NCBI GenBank assembly: GCA_965250285.1
Contig: OZ252299.1
Coordinates: forward strand, 4,020,368 to 4,084,367
Reading direction: 5' to 3'
DNA length: 64,000 bases
Source of the DNA: Myxococcota bacterium
Lineage (GTDB): Bacteria; Myxococcota_A; UBA9160; UBA4427
Part shown: piece after piece, positions 20,614 to 29,528 of the stretch
Numbering within the stretch: the stretch's first letter is position 1
Layout: every line of letters starts with the position of its first letter
Position numbers and translations under genes: made by a program
Notes under the pieces: model-generated
Told to the model about the DNA's origin: nothing
Database searches by the model: none
What the model saw: the letters and a program-made list of their open reading frames with translations, nothing else

Positions 20614-21836
20614 CGCTTGGCCCCCGCGTTGTGCTTCGGAAGACCGAGCACGTGCTCGGCGACGATGTTCGCCTGCACCTGGCTGGTGCCGCCGCCGATC
20701 GTCGCCGAGAAGGCGTTGAGATAGGCACGCTGCCAGAGTCCGCCATCGACGGCCTCGGGCTCATCGATCCAGTAGCCGCCGCGGGCGCCCTGCATGGTGA
20801 TGGCGAACTCGTTGAGCCGGCGTACGAACTCGGTGTTCATCAGCTTGCCCGAGAGCGGCAGCGACATCGGCCGATCCTGAACGAGCGGGCCGATGGCCGC
20901 CCGGGCCATCGAGAGCTGGATCCCGCGCCCCTCGATCATCAGCTCGACGAGCTTGTCGGCCACGACCGGGTCTTCAGCCGCGGGCCGTCCGCCGCGTCGG
21001 ACGCGCCGAGCGAGGTCGATCGTGCCCTCGTGGTCGGGCACCGTGATCGAGAAGCCGCCCGCCTGGCCGCCTCGCGCGTTTCGCTCGTACTCGAGCGTGC
21101 GCATCGCGACGGCCCAGCCCTGGCCCTCCTCGCCCATCAGGCAGTCGGCGGGGATCCGCGCATCGGTGAAGTACGTCTCGGTGAAACCGTACTCGCCCGT
21201 CAGCTTGCGAATCGGAACGGCCTCGACGCCTTCGACGGTCATCGGCGCGAGAAAGAACGAGAGCCCGGCATACTTGCTCGGCGCATCGGGGTTCGTTCGC
21301 GCGAGCAGGATCATGTACTTGGCGTAGTTGCCGTGGGTCGTCCACGTCTTGGTCCCGTTGATCACCCAGGCGTCGCCCTCGCGCACCGCGCGGGTCTGGG
21401 CGTTGCCGAGATCGCTGCCGTTTTCGGGCTCGCTGAAGCCCTGACACCAGATGTCTTCGGCCGACAGGATGCCCTTGATGTAGCGATGCCGTTCTGCCTC
21501 GCTTCCCATGTCGAGGATCAGCGGCCCGGCCCAGCTGAGGCCGATCGTATTCATCATGATCGGGCTGCCGTTGCGGCGCATCTCGTCGGTCGCGATGTCC
21601 TGGAACGCCTGATGCAGTCCGCCGCCGCCGTACTCGGCGGGCCACGCCGCGCCGAGGTAGCCCGCTTCGTAGACGCGGCGCTGCCAATCGCGAAGAAAGT
21701 CGAACTGCTGGTCGGTGCCCACCTCCATGAAGGTGAGCGGGAGCATGAAGTCGGGCTGGGGTGGAACGTTCTCGGCAAACCACGCTGCGCACTGCGCGCG
21801 AAAGTCGTCGAGCTCGTTCTGGGGCGGTCTCGGCAT
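20610..21836 (-). CDS. Acyl-CoA dehydrogenase
   Basis: WCQGFSEPENGSDL, INGTKTWT, TIGGGTSQVQ. Confidence 0.93.
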   Translation of the reverse strand: MPRPPQNELDDFRAQCAAWFAENVPPQPDFMLPLTFMEVGTDQQFDFLRDWQRRVYEAGYLGAAWPAEYGGGGLHQAFQDIATDEMRRNGSPIMMNTIGLSWAGPLILDMGSEAERHRYIKGILSAEDIWCQGFSEPENGSDLGNAQTRAVREGDAWVINGTKTWTTHGNYAKYMILLARTNPDAPSKYAGLSFFLAPMTVEGVEAVPIRKLTGEYGFTETYFTDARIPADCLMGEEGQGWAVAMRTLEYERNARGGQAGGFSITVPDHEGTIDLARRVRRGGRPAAEDPVVADKLVELMIEGRGIQLSMARAAIGPLVQDRPMSLPLSGKLMNTEFVRRLNEFAITMQGARGGYWIDEPEAVDGGLWQRAYLNAFSATIGGGTSQVQANIVAEHVLGLPKHNAGAKR

Positions 21837-21942
21837 CGGGGATCCTCGGGCACCGGTCGGCGCGCAGCGCGTCGACCGGGCAGCGAACGTTACCGACCGC
21901 GCCGGGGCGTTCCCACTCCCCTTGGGCGACGCCGCGCGACTG

Positions 21943-23592
21943 TCATGGGCAGGAGATCGCCGCCCCGATCTCGCCTTCTTCGACCACCCCGTCGACGTTC
22001 GCGTCGTCGAATGAGAAGCAGCCCGAGCACTCGGCATCGCCGTGCAGATTGAAGTGGCCACCGACGCCGAGATCGACCAGGCGAGCCCCGTCGCGGTTCA
22101 CGCTCACGTCCCCGAACACGAGACAATCGACCGCGCTGAAATCTTCGACGTGGACGTTCAGATTGCCGTGCACTTCGCACTGGGCGATCGACGAACGGCC
22201 GTTGTTTTGGTTGAAGCTCGCGTCGCCCAGCAGGCGAACCCCGCGCAGGCTGACCCGGCCCTCGTGTGCGTTCAGGTTGCCATCGACGACCGAGCGATCG
22301 GGCCCGAGCCCCAGCACCGCGACGTTGGCGTCGATTCCGAGATTGAGGTCGGCCATCGCGGGCGCATCGGCGTTGTCGAGGACTTCGATCAGGGTGTCGA
22401 AGCCCGGCGCGTGCAGGTCGATGCTCGAAGTACGTGCCGTGGCGTCGATCACGTCGGTTCCCGGGCCGGTCGCGTAGCAGAGCGTGTCGAAGCGCGCGTC
22501 GTCGACGTCGATGACATCGGCGACGGTGGTGCGATCGCATACGCCCGCCCGGTCGTCGGCGCCGATGCAGCCGTCGCCGTCGACCTCGTCGGGACAGAAC
22601 GCGTCGTCGACGCCCACCCAGTCGCCGTTCGAGTACACGACGACGTCCTGCTCCTCGAAGCCGGGCGGCTGATCCGAGCCCGGGCCGTCGCCGCCGCCAC
22701 CGGGCGGATCCGTCGGCTCCGGCGGATCAGTGGGATCTGAGCCGTCGTCTCGACACTCGATCGATCCCGTCCGCTCCTCGGGCTCGACCCGATCGTCGCC
22801 GTTGCGGTCGTCGAACGAGTAGCAGCCCGAGCACCGCGCATCGCCGTGCTGGTTGAAGTGGCCGCCGACGCCCAGACCGACGAGGGTCGCACCATCGCGG
22901 TTGATGCTGACGTCGCCGAACACGCGACAGCCCACGGCGCTGAACTGCTCGACGTGCACGTTCAGGTTGCCGAGGATGCGGCAGTAGGCGATCGACGAGC
23001 GACCGTCGTTCGAGTTGAAGCTCGCATCGCCTTCGAGGGTGACATTGCGCAGGCTGACGTTGCCGCGGTGCGCGTTCAGATGGCCGCGCACGATCGACCG
23101 ATCGGGCCCTGCTCCGAAGACGGCCACGTTCGCCCCGAGGTCGAGATTGAGATCGCCCCGCGCCGGTGAGCTGGCGTTCTCGTCGACCACGACGAGCGTG
23201 TCGCCGCGATCGCCGTACAGGTTGAGGCTCTCGTCGAGCGACGTCGCATCGATCACGTCGACCGCATCGCCGGTCGCGTAGCAGAGGACATCGAAGTGCT
23301 CGCCCGCCACCACGGCGACGTCGGCCACATCCGTGTCGGCGCAGGCGTCGGCGCGGGCGCCGGCGCCGACGCAGCCGTCGCCTTCGACCTGGTCGCCGCA
23401 GAAGTCGTCGTTCGACGCCGTGGAGAGGCCATTCTCGTAGTAGACGACCTCCCCCTGCTCGAAGCCAGGCGCCGAGATCACGCCGATGCCGCCCTCGTCG
23501 AGCAGCGGCTCGGTACACCCCGTACCGATCAGCGCAACGAGACCGAGAGGGAGGGTCAGCGTCAGAACGCGGCTCAGCCGCCTGGCCGTCAT
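21943..23592 (-). CDS. Lipoprotein with two tandem Cys-rich, probably beta-helical domains
   Basis: Lipobox IGTG-C; two homologous ~240-aa halves joined by a Pro/Gly linker; GGGAGG RBS. Confidence 0.75.
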   Translation of the reverse strand: MTARRLSRVLTLTLPLGLVALIGTGCTEPLLDEGGIGVISAPGFEQGEVVYYENGLSTASNDDFCGDQVEGDGCVGAGARADACADTDVADVAVVAGEHFDVLCYATGDAVDVIDATSLDESLNLYGDRGDTLVVVDENASSPARGDLNLDLGANVAVFGAGPDRSIVRGHLNAHRGNVSLRNVTLEGDASFNSNDGRSSIAYCRILGNLNVHVEQFSAVGCRVFGDVSINRDGATLVGLGVGGHFNQHGDARCSGCYSFDDRNGDDRVEPEERTGSIECRDDGSDPTDPPEPTDPPGGGGDGPGSDQPPGFEEQDVVVYSNGDWVGVDDAFCPDEVDGDGCIGADDRAGVCDRTTVADVIDVDDARFDTLCYATGPGTDVIDATARTSSIDLHAPGFDTLIEVLDNADAPAMADLNLGIDANVAVLGLGPDRSVVDGNLNAHEGRVSLRGVRLLGDASFNQNNGRSSIAQCEVHGNLNVHVEDFSAVDCLVFGDVSVNRDGARLVDLGVGGHFNLHGDAECSGCFSFDDANVDGVVEEGEIGAAISCP

Positions 23593-23632
23593 CGCTTCGC
23601 CTCCCGTTCGAACGCGGCGTCGCCGCTGCCGA

Positions 23633-23848
23633 TCACGTGCCACCGGGCGCGCTGCCGTCGGCGTTCAGACCGCGCGCTGCGCGGTGGGCCATGACCTCGA
23701 CTCGATACTCGCAGTCGACGCACTGGCGCATCGCTCGCTTCATGTTCTCGTTCTGAGCGCGCAGCCGATCGATCTCGTCCCGCAGCGCCTTCGGGTCTTC
23801 CTTCGCTTCAACCCGACCGAGGATCCGCCCGAGCAGACTCGCAATCAA
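23633..23848 (-). CDS. Small coiled-coil protein with CxxC (71 aa)
   Basis: TTG start overlaps the upstream TGA (TTGA); LRDEIDRLRAQNENMKRAMRQCVDCEYR. Confidence 0.6.
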   Translation of the reverse strand: MIASLLGRILGRVEAKEDPKALRDEIDRLRAQNENMKRAMRQCVDCEYRVEVMAHRAARGLNADGSAPGGT

Positions 23849-24672
23849 GCGCCCGGCTTCCACGTCATGCGCGCGGTACACGATGTCTCGGGCAGGTGCG
23901 GCTCGAACTCCATCCGCAGCGCCGTGTCCTCACCGTTCATCAGGGCCTCGAACGCGCCCTTGCAGATCAGCAGGCAGCCCTCTTCGGGCAGCTTGTCGGG
24001 GTTCGGCAGATCCTCCTGTCGACCGCAGACGTGCCAGGCGCAGTCGGGGATCTCCATCGTCACCTTGCCGTGTGCGGGGTCGTACTCGCTGATCTTCGCC
24101 GGTCCGGTCAGGAAGCCGGCCGGGTTGAACATGTCGAAGACCAGAGACTGAAACCACGTCGGCTCGGTCGAGCCGTCTGCGGCGCGGCGCGTCTTCTGCT
24201 TCGTCTTGGCGGCGGGCTCCTTGGCCATGCCATCCATCATCTCGAAGAACTCCGCCGAGTTCTCGCGGCCGAGCGCCGCGGCGGTCCCGACGACGATGTC
24301 CTCGTACTGCGCCTGGCTGAAGTGCTTGCGCAGCTCGAGCAGAGCCCACTCGGCTTCGCGCACGAAGTTGCCGTAGCGCTTGCGCCAACGTTCGCGTGGC
24401 GAGTCGAACAGACGGATCTTCTCGCGGCGCGCCTTGATGTCGGCCCAACCGCGGTCGACCACCTCGGGGTCGGTCGTCATGCGGAGGATCGGCAGAAACG
24501 TGTAGGGCACGAGCGGGCCTGCGCGATCGACGAGCATGCGCTTCGACATCACCATGTCGATCCACGCCTGGGGCCCCCAGTGGTACAGCAGCCCGCGCCC
24601 CTGCGACGCCGGGCCCGAGCGTGCGCTCGGCGCCGAGGCAGACTCGATGAGCGGTGCAGATTCGCTGGCCAT
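23845..24672 (-). CDS. Hypothetical protein with D27/DUF4033-like Cys-rich C-terminal domain
   Basis: FLTGP...IPDC...C...CLLICK...PHLPETSC pattern; GGGAGG RBS. The ORF is well supported; the family call is tentative. Confidence 0.6.
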   Translation of the reverse strand: MASESAPLIESASAPSARSGPASQGRGLLYHWGPQAWIDMVMSKRMLVDRAGPLVPYTFLPILRMTTDPEVVDRGWADIKARREKIRLFDSPRERWRKRYGNFVREAEWALLELRKHFSQAQYEDIVVGTAAALGRENSAEFFEMMDGMAKEPAAKTKQKTRRAADGSTEPTWFQSLVFDMFNPAGFLTGPAKISEYDPAHGKVTMEIPDCAWHVCGRQEDLPNPDKLPEEGCLLICKGAFEALMNGEDTALRMEFEPHLPETSCTARMTWKPGA

Positions 24673-24858
24673 CGGGCACCTCCCGCGCCGCGAAGCGGCG
24701 CCTCAACGCCCTCAAGTTAGCAGTCGCCCGCGTGCCCGCGTCGCGGCCGGGCGAGCGAGGATACGCCTGGCCTCGGATCCGACAAATCAAGTGGCCGCAC
24801 TCCATGCGCATGTCGAGACCGAGATCGCTGTGCGCACAAGAGGCCCGACGAGGCTGGC

Positions 24859-26865
24859 CTAGTCGTTCGATTCAGCGGGCGGCGGATCCGCAGCGGTCTC
24901 GATCAGCACGGCCCCCAGCCCGGCCTCGGCCACGAGGAACCCACCCTGCTCGGTGAAGTGCACGCCGTCGTGCCGCACCGGCTCCGCGTCTTCCGTCGAT
25001 TCGATGCGTGCGACGAGGCGGTCCAGGTCGAGCAGCACGACATCTTCGGGCCGCGCGTCGGCCACTTCGCGAAGCAGCTCGTTGAGGCGCAGACGCGCGC
25101 CCTCCCAATTCGCCTCGTCGTGCGGAAAGCGCCGCGGCTTCGGCATCGGCGGCGTCGTCAGCCACACGACGCGCGCTTGCTTCGACCGAAACGCGTCGAT
25201 GTACCGGTGCACGCCATCGCGCAAGGCGTCGTCCAGCTCGGGGTCACCCAGCTGTCGAAACCCACCGGTGGTCGGATCGCGCACGCCGACCACGTCCCAC
25301 TCGCCGAAGAGGACCAGCGCGATGCGCGGCCGGTGTCGCTCGAGGTAGTCGACCGCATCGGCGCGTTGGTCGAGGCAGCGTGCCCGCACACCCGCGTAGG
25401 GGCCGCGGGGGGAGATCCAGGGCGCGCTGTCTTCGCCCCGCCGATCGAGCTCGTCGATCCACGCCGGGCCGAGCACACCGCACCCGAGCTCGACCACGCC
25501 CGATGCCAGCGCGAGCTCGGGCGCCGACTCTCGGATCCACGCATCGAGGCCCCAGGCGAGCGACAACGCCGACGAATCGCCGAAGAGCGCGACGCGCGCG
25601 CGGGTGACCGGCGACCCGTCGGCGGGAATCGGCGTCGAGGCGCGCAGCTCGGCGGCGATCTGCGCCGGCGATGTGGGAACGACGATCGCGACGATCCAGA
25701 TGATCAACGCCAGACCGAACGCACGCGCGGGATTGCGGCCGAGCACACCCCGCCCGCGTCGAATCGGCTCTTCGAGCGTCGCATACGAGAGACCCGCGAT
25801 CGCCAGCGTGAGCGGCGCGCACACGGCGAACCGCAACAGGGGCGAGAGCTCGGGCCAACCCGCGTCGAGCGCGACGTAGATCGGCCAGTGGACGAGGTAC
25901 GCCCCGTACGAGACGCGACCGACCCAGACCAGCGGCGCGAGCGACAGCCAATGGTGCAGGGGGCCTCGACCGGCCAGACACCCTGCGATCCAGACCGCCG
26001 AGACGAGGGCGTAGCCGACGAACCCGCCGCGGTAGAGCCAGGCCGTCTCGAGGTCGACGAGCGACCACGCCGCGATCGCAACGCCCATCGCGATCAGACC
26101 GAGGCGCGGCCACGCGGCGTGCGCAGCGATCGGTCGCGTGCCGACCTGCACGCGCAGGCCGATCGCGAGCAGCGTCCCCATCAGGAGTTCGGGCAGGCGC
26201 AGACCCGTGCCGTAGTAGATGCGATCCCAGCTCTCGGGATCGCCGCCCATCCATGTCATCATCGCGAGGCTCGCGGCGATCCAGCCGACCGCGAGAACGA
26301 CGAGGGGGCCGCGCGCTCTTGGCCTGCGGCACGCGATCCAGACCACAAGCGGGAAGACCGCGTAGAACTGTGCCTCGATCGAGAGCGACCAGAAGTGCTG
26401 CACCCACGAAGGCTGGCTGAACAGCAGGGTGTAGGCGTAGTCGCCCGACAGGAAGCGCCAGTTCGAAACCTGCAGCAGCGCAGAGAGCAGGTCGGTGGCG
26501 AGGCGCGCCCGCTGCGCCGGCACCGTGAAGGGCGGCGCAGCCAGCGCCAGCACCGCGATGACCGCCAATGACGCGGGCGCGAGCCTGCGAATGCGTCGTC
26601 GCCAGAAGGCGGCGAGATCGACGCGGCCGAGATCGTCGACGTCACGCAGCAGCAGCTCGGTGACGAGCAATCCCGACAGCGTGAAGAAGGTCGACACACC
26701 GAGGAAGCCGCCCGACATGAAGTCGAAGCCCGCGTGAAAGAGCAGCACGCCGAGCAGACACGCGGCCCGGAGCCCGTCGAGCGCGGGCTCGTAGGCCCGG
26801 GCCTGTCGGGGTGCGCGACCGGGCGCGGCGCGCGATGCCTCGGCCAGCGGCCCGGCGTCGCCCAT
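24859..26865 (-). CDS. Acyltransferase_3 + SGNH fusion O-acyltransferase (OatA/OafA-like)
   Basis: LDGLRA, GGFLGVSTFFTLSG, FWRRRIRRL, HFWSLSIEAQFY; GDSS and DGVH SGNH motifs. Confidence 0.92.
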   Translation of the reverse strand: MGDAGPLAEASRAAPGRAPRQARAYEPALDGLRAACLLGVLLFHAGFDFMSGGFLGVSTFFTLSGLLVTELLLRDVDDLGRVDLAAFWRRRIRRLAPASLAVIAVLALAAPPFTVPAQRARLATDLLSALLQVSNWRFLSGDYAYTLLFSQPSWVQHFWSLSIEAQFYAVFPLVVWIACRRPRARGPLVVLAVGWIAASLAMMTWMGGDPESWDRIYYGTGLRLPELLMGTLLAIGLRVQVGTRPIAAHAAWPRLGLIAMGVAIAAWSLVDLETAWLYRGGFVGYALVSAVWIAGCLAGRGPLHHWLSLAPLVWVGRVSYGAYLVHWPIYVALDAGWPELSPLLRFAVCAPLTLAIAGLSYATLEEPIRRGRGVLGRNPARAFGLALIIWIVAIVVPTSPAQIAAELRASTPIPADGSPVTRARVALFGDSSALSLAWGLDAWIRESAPELALASGVVELGCGVLGPAWIDELDRRGEDSAPWISPRGPYAGVRARCLDQRADAVDYLERHRPRIALVLFGEWDVVGVRDPTTGGFRQLGDPELDDALRDGVHRYIDAFRSKQARVVWLTTPPMPKPRRFPHDEANWEGARLRLNELLREVADARPEDVVLLDLDRLVARIESTEDAEPVRHDGVHFTEQGGFLVAEAGLGAVLIETAADPPPAESND

Positions 26866-27076
26866 CGTCTCACGACTCCTCGCGTCGGTGTGTCGTCGCG
26901 CAAAGGGGTGGCTGCGAGAGCGTAGCTTCGGATGCGCCCGACCGAGCGAGCACGGGCTCGCGGCGAGTCGGGCCGACCCAGCGAGCGACTTCGCGCGCTT
27001 CGACCGGAGGGAACCCGCTCCGAACGGGTGCGCGCGTCGTTCTCGCTCGGCGGTGCGCGCACCGGGGCGCCGCGGC

Positions 27077-27694
27077 TCAACCCTCGTTCATCGCCTCGCC
27101 CAGCTCGCGCGCCTCGGCCGCATCGATCCCCAACGCGCGCAGCCCGCGCTCGATCGCGCGCCCGATGGTGAATGCATCGGCCTGGCCTTCGATGATGCGC
27201 CGAATCGTCATCAGCAGCAGACCGAAGACCTGGTCGATGGTCGCATCGTCGGGGCCCGTCTCGAAGCGACCCTGGGCGTGTCCCAACGCCAGGTCTTCGC
27301 GCAGGTAGCCATCGATGTTCTGATGGACGTAGGGGCGGTGTACCAGCCGCAGCAGCACGCGCCCCCAGGTCGGATCGGCCTCGGCATGGCGCAGCACCCG
27401 CGTGCTCGCGATCGCGAAGCGCAGCGCGGGATCATCGACGGGCTCGTTCGCGGCGTCTTCGGCCAGGGCGACGACGACGTCAGCCGCGAGCGCGTCGAGC
27501 AGCGATTCGCGATCGGGGAAGTAGTTGTAGAAGGTGCCGTTCGCGACGCCCGCCTCGGCCGTGACGTCGCTGACCGAGAGCGCCTCGCCCTTCTCGGCCA
27601 GCACCCGCAGGCCGGCCTCGACGAGGCCGCGGCGGGTCTTCTCTCGCTTGCGGAAGCCCCGCGTCGGGGGCGTGAGGTCGCTCTGGGTCGCCAT
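27077..27694 (-). CDS. TetR/AcrR family regulator
   Basis: VTAEAGVANGTFYNYF HTH; divergent from a catabolic operon. Confidence 0.93.
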   Translation of the reverse strand: MATQSDLTPPTRGFRKREKTRRGLVEAGLRVLAEKGEALSVSDVTAEAGVANGTFYNYFPDRESLLDALAADVVVALAEDAANEPVDDPALRFAIASTRVLRHAEADPTWGRVLLRLVHRPYVHQNIDGYLREDLALGHAQGRFETGPDDATIDQVFGLLLMTIRRIIEGQADAFTIGRAIERGLRALGIDAAEARELGEAMNEG

Positions 27695-27711
27695 GGGCGC
27701 ATCCTAGCCGA

Positions 27712-27751
27712 AAAATGAGATCCTTTTCAATATTGACAATAGTCTCATTTT
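27712..27751. promoter_or_regulatory. Symmetric operator/promoter region with TTGACA
   Basis: AAAATGAGA...TCTCATTTT arms and inner TCAATATTGA share one centre; TTGACA at 27733-27738. Confidence 0.75.
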
Positions 27752-27808
27752 ACGATGAACTCCATCGCGATGGCCGGCCTGCCCGTCGGCTCGGCCCGGA
27801 GGATCCCC

Positions 27809-28741
27809 ATGGCGCTCCACAGCTTCCTCGGCATGCAGATCGGCGTGCCCACACCCGAGGATCTCGCGACGTTCTACGCCGGCCTCGGCCTCGAGGGTCG
27901 CGACGCGCGATGGGGCAGCGCCGACTGTCCCGACCAGATCGAGATCGTCGAGCACCCCTATCGACAGCTGCGCACGCTGCGCGTCGGCTGCGATGCGGAG
28001 GCCGACCTCGATGCGCTCCGCGGCCGACTGCGCGGGCTCGGCATCGACAGCACGCAGCGCGAAGGGCGCGTGGTCTGCCTCGACCCGACGGGCACCTGGC
28101 GCATTCAGGTCGAGGTGGCCGAGCCCCTCACGCTGTCGTCGCCGCCCGAGCGCCCGCTCAATCGGCCGGGGTCGCGCGGTCGACCGAACGACCGGGCCGA
28201 GGTCGTGGTCGAGTCGACGCCGCGGCCGCCGCGGCGACTCGGTCACGTGGTGGTCGGCTCGCCCGACCCGCTCGGCACCGCCAAGTTCTTCATGGATGGG
28301 ATCGGCTTTCGCCTGTCCGACGTCGTCGGCGGGCTGCTCACCTTCATGCGGTGTTCGAGCGATCACCACAACCTGCTGGTGATGCCGGCGCCCTGCCCCT
28401 ACCTCAACCACTACGCCTTCGAGCACGACGACGTCGACGCCGTCGGTGCAGCGGCCCGTCGCTACCTCGAGGGTCAGACAGAACGTCACGTGGTCGGGAT
28501 GGGACGGCACGTCGTGGGGTCGAACGTCTTCTGGTACATGAACGACCCCACCGGCACCATGTTCGAGCTGTTCAGCGACATGGACGACATCCCCGACGAC
28601 GAAGCCTGGACGCCCGGTACCGATTGGGAGCTCGGTCGCTTCTCGTCGTGGGGCCCGCCGGAGCCGCCGCCCGAGTTCGTCGTGCCGGCCGATATCGAAG
28701 ACATCGTAAAGGCGCACCAGGCGTCGATGGAGGCATCGTGA
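27809..28741 (+). CDS. VOC family extradiol dioxygenase-like protein
   Basis: RLGHVV, DHHNL, NHYAFE, MGRHVVGSNVFWY..DPTG..FE. Confidence 0.88.
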   Translation: MALHSFLGMQIGVPTPEDLATFYAGLGLEGRDARWGSADCPDQIEIVEHPYRQLRTLRVGCDAEADLDALRGRLRGLGIDSTQREGRVVCLDPTGTWRIQVEVAEPLTLSSPPERPLNRPGSRGRPNDRAEVVVESTPRPPRRLGHVVVGSPDPLGTAKFFMDGIGFRLSDVVGGLLTFMRCSSDHHNLLVMPAPCPYLNHYAFEHDDVDAVGAAARRYLEGQTERHVVGMGRHVVGSNVFWYMNDPTGTMFELFSDMDDIPDDEAWTPGTDWELGRFSSWGPPEPPPEFVVPADIEDIVKAHQASMEAS

Positions 28742-29517
28742 ATCTCGGGATCGAAGGCAAACGGGCCATCGTCTGTGCATCGAGCCGCGGGCTCGGCCGA
28801 GCCTGCGCCGAGTCGCTCGCGCGCGAGGGCGTGCACGTGGTGCTGAACGCGAGGGACGCCGACGGGCTCGAGGCGACCGCGAGCGAGCTGCGGGCGGCGT
28901 TCGGCGTCGAGGTCGACAGCGTCGCCGGCGACATCGAAGACGAGTCGACCCGCGACGCCCTCATCGCCGCGTGCCCGGCGCCCGACATCCTCGTGAACAA
29001 CAACGGCGGGCCGCCGCCAGGCGCCTTCCGCGACTGGGATCGCGATGCCTGGATCGCCGCGCTCGACGCAAACATGCTCGCCCCGGTGCTGATGATCCGC
29101 GCCGTGCTCGACGGCATGGTCGAGCGCCGCTTCGGCCGCATCGTCAACATCACGTCGGCCATGGTGAAGACCCCGCTCGCCCCGATGGGGCTGTCGACCG
29201 GGGCGCGCACGGGGCTGACTTCGGTGGCGAAGGCGCTCTCGAAGCAGGTGGCGCACGCCAACGTGACGCTCAACAACATCCTGCCCGAACGCATCGATAC
29301 CGGTCGGCAGAAGCAGATGGCCGAGCTGCGCGCCCGCATCGGCGGCGTGACGATCGAGCAGGCCTACGACGAGATGAAGGCGTCGATCGCAGCCCAGCGT
29401 CTCGGTGAACCGAACGAGGTCGGCGATGCCTGTGCCTACCTCTGCAGCGCCCAGGCCGGATTCATCTCGGGCCAGAACCTGCAGCTCGACGGCGGCAGCT
29501 ACGCCGGGCTCGTTTGA
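28738..29517 (+). CDS. Short-chain dehydrogenase/reductase
   Basis: ASSRGLG, VNNNGGPPPG, GQNLQLDGG; GTGA overlap. Confidence 0.92.
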   Translation: MNLGIEGKRAIVCASSRGLGRACAESLAREGVHVVLNARDADGLEATASELRAAFGVEVDSVAGDIEDESTRDALIAACPAPDILVNNNGGPPPGAFRDWDRDAWIAALDANMLAPVLMIRAVLDGMVERRFGRIVNITSAMVKTPLAPMGLSTGARTGLTSVAKALSKQVAHANVTLNNILPERIDTGRQKQMAELRARIGGVTIEQAYDEMKASIAAQRLGEPNEVGDACAYLCSAQAGFISGQNLQLDGGSYAGLV

Positions 29518-29528
29518 GGAGCAGACCC

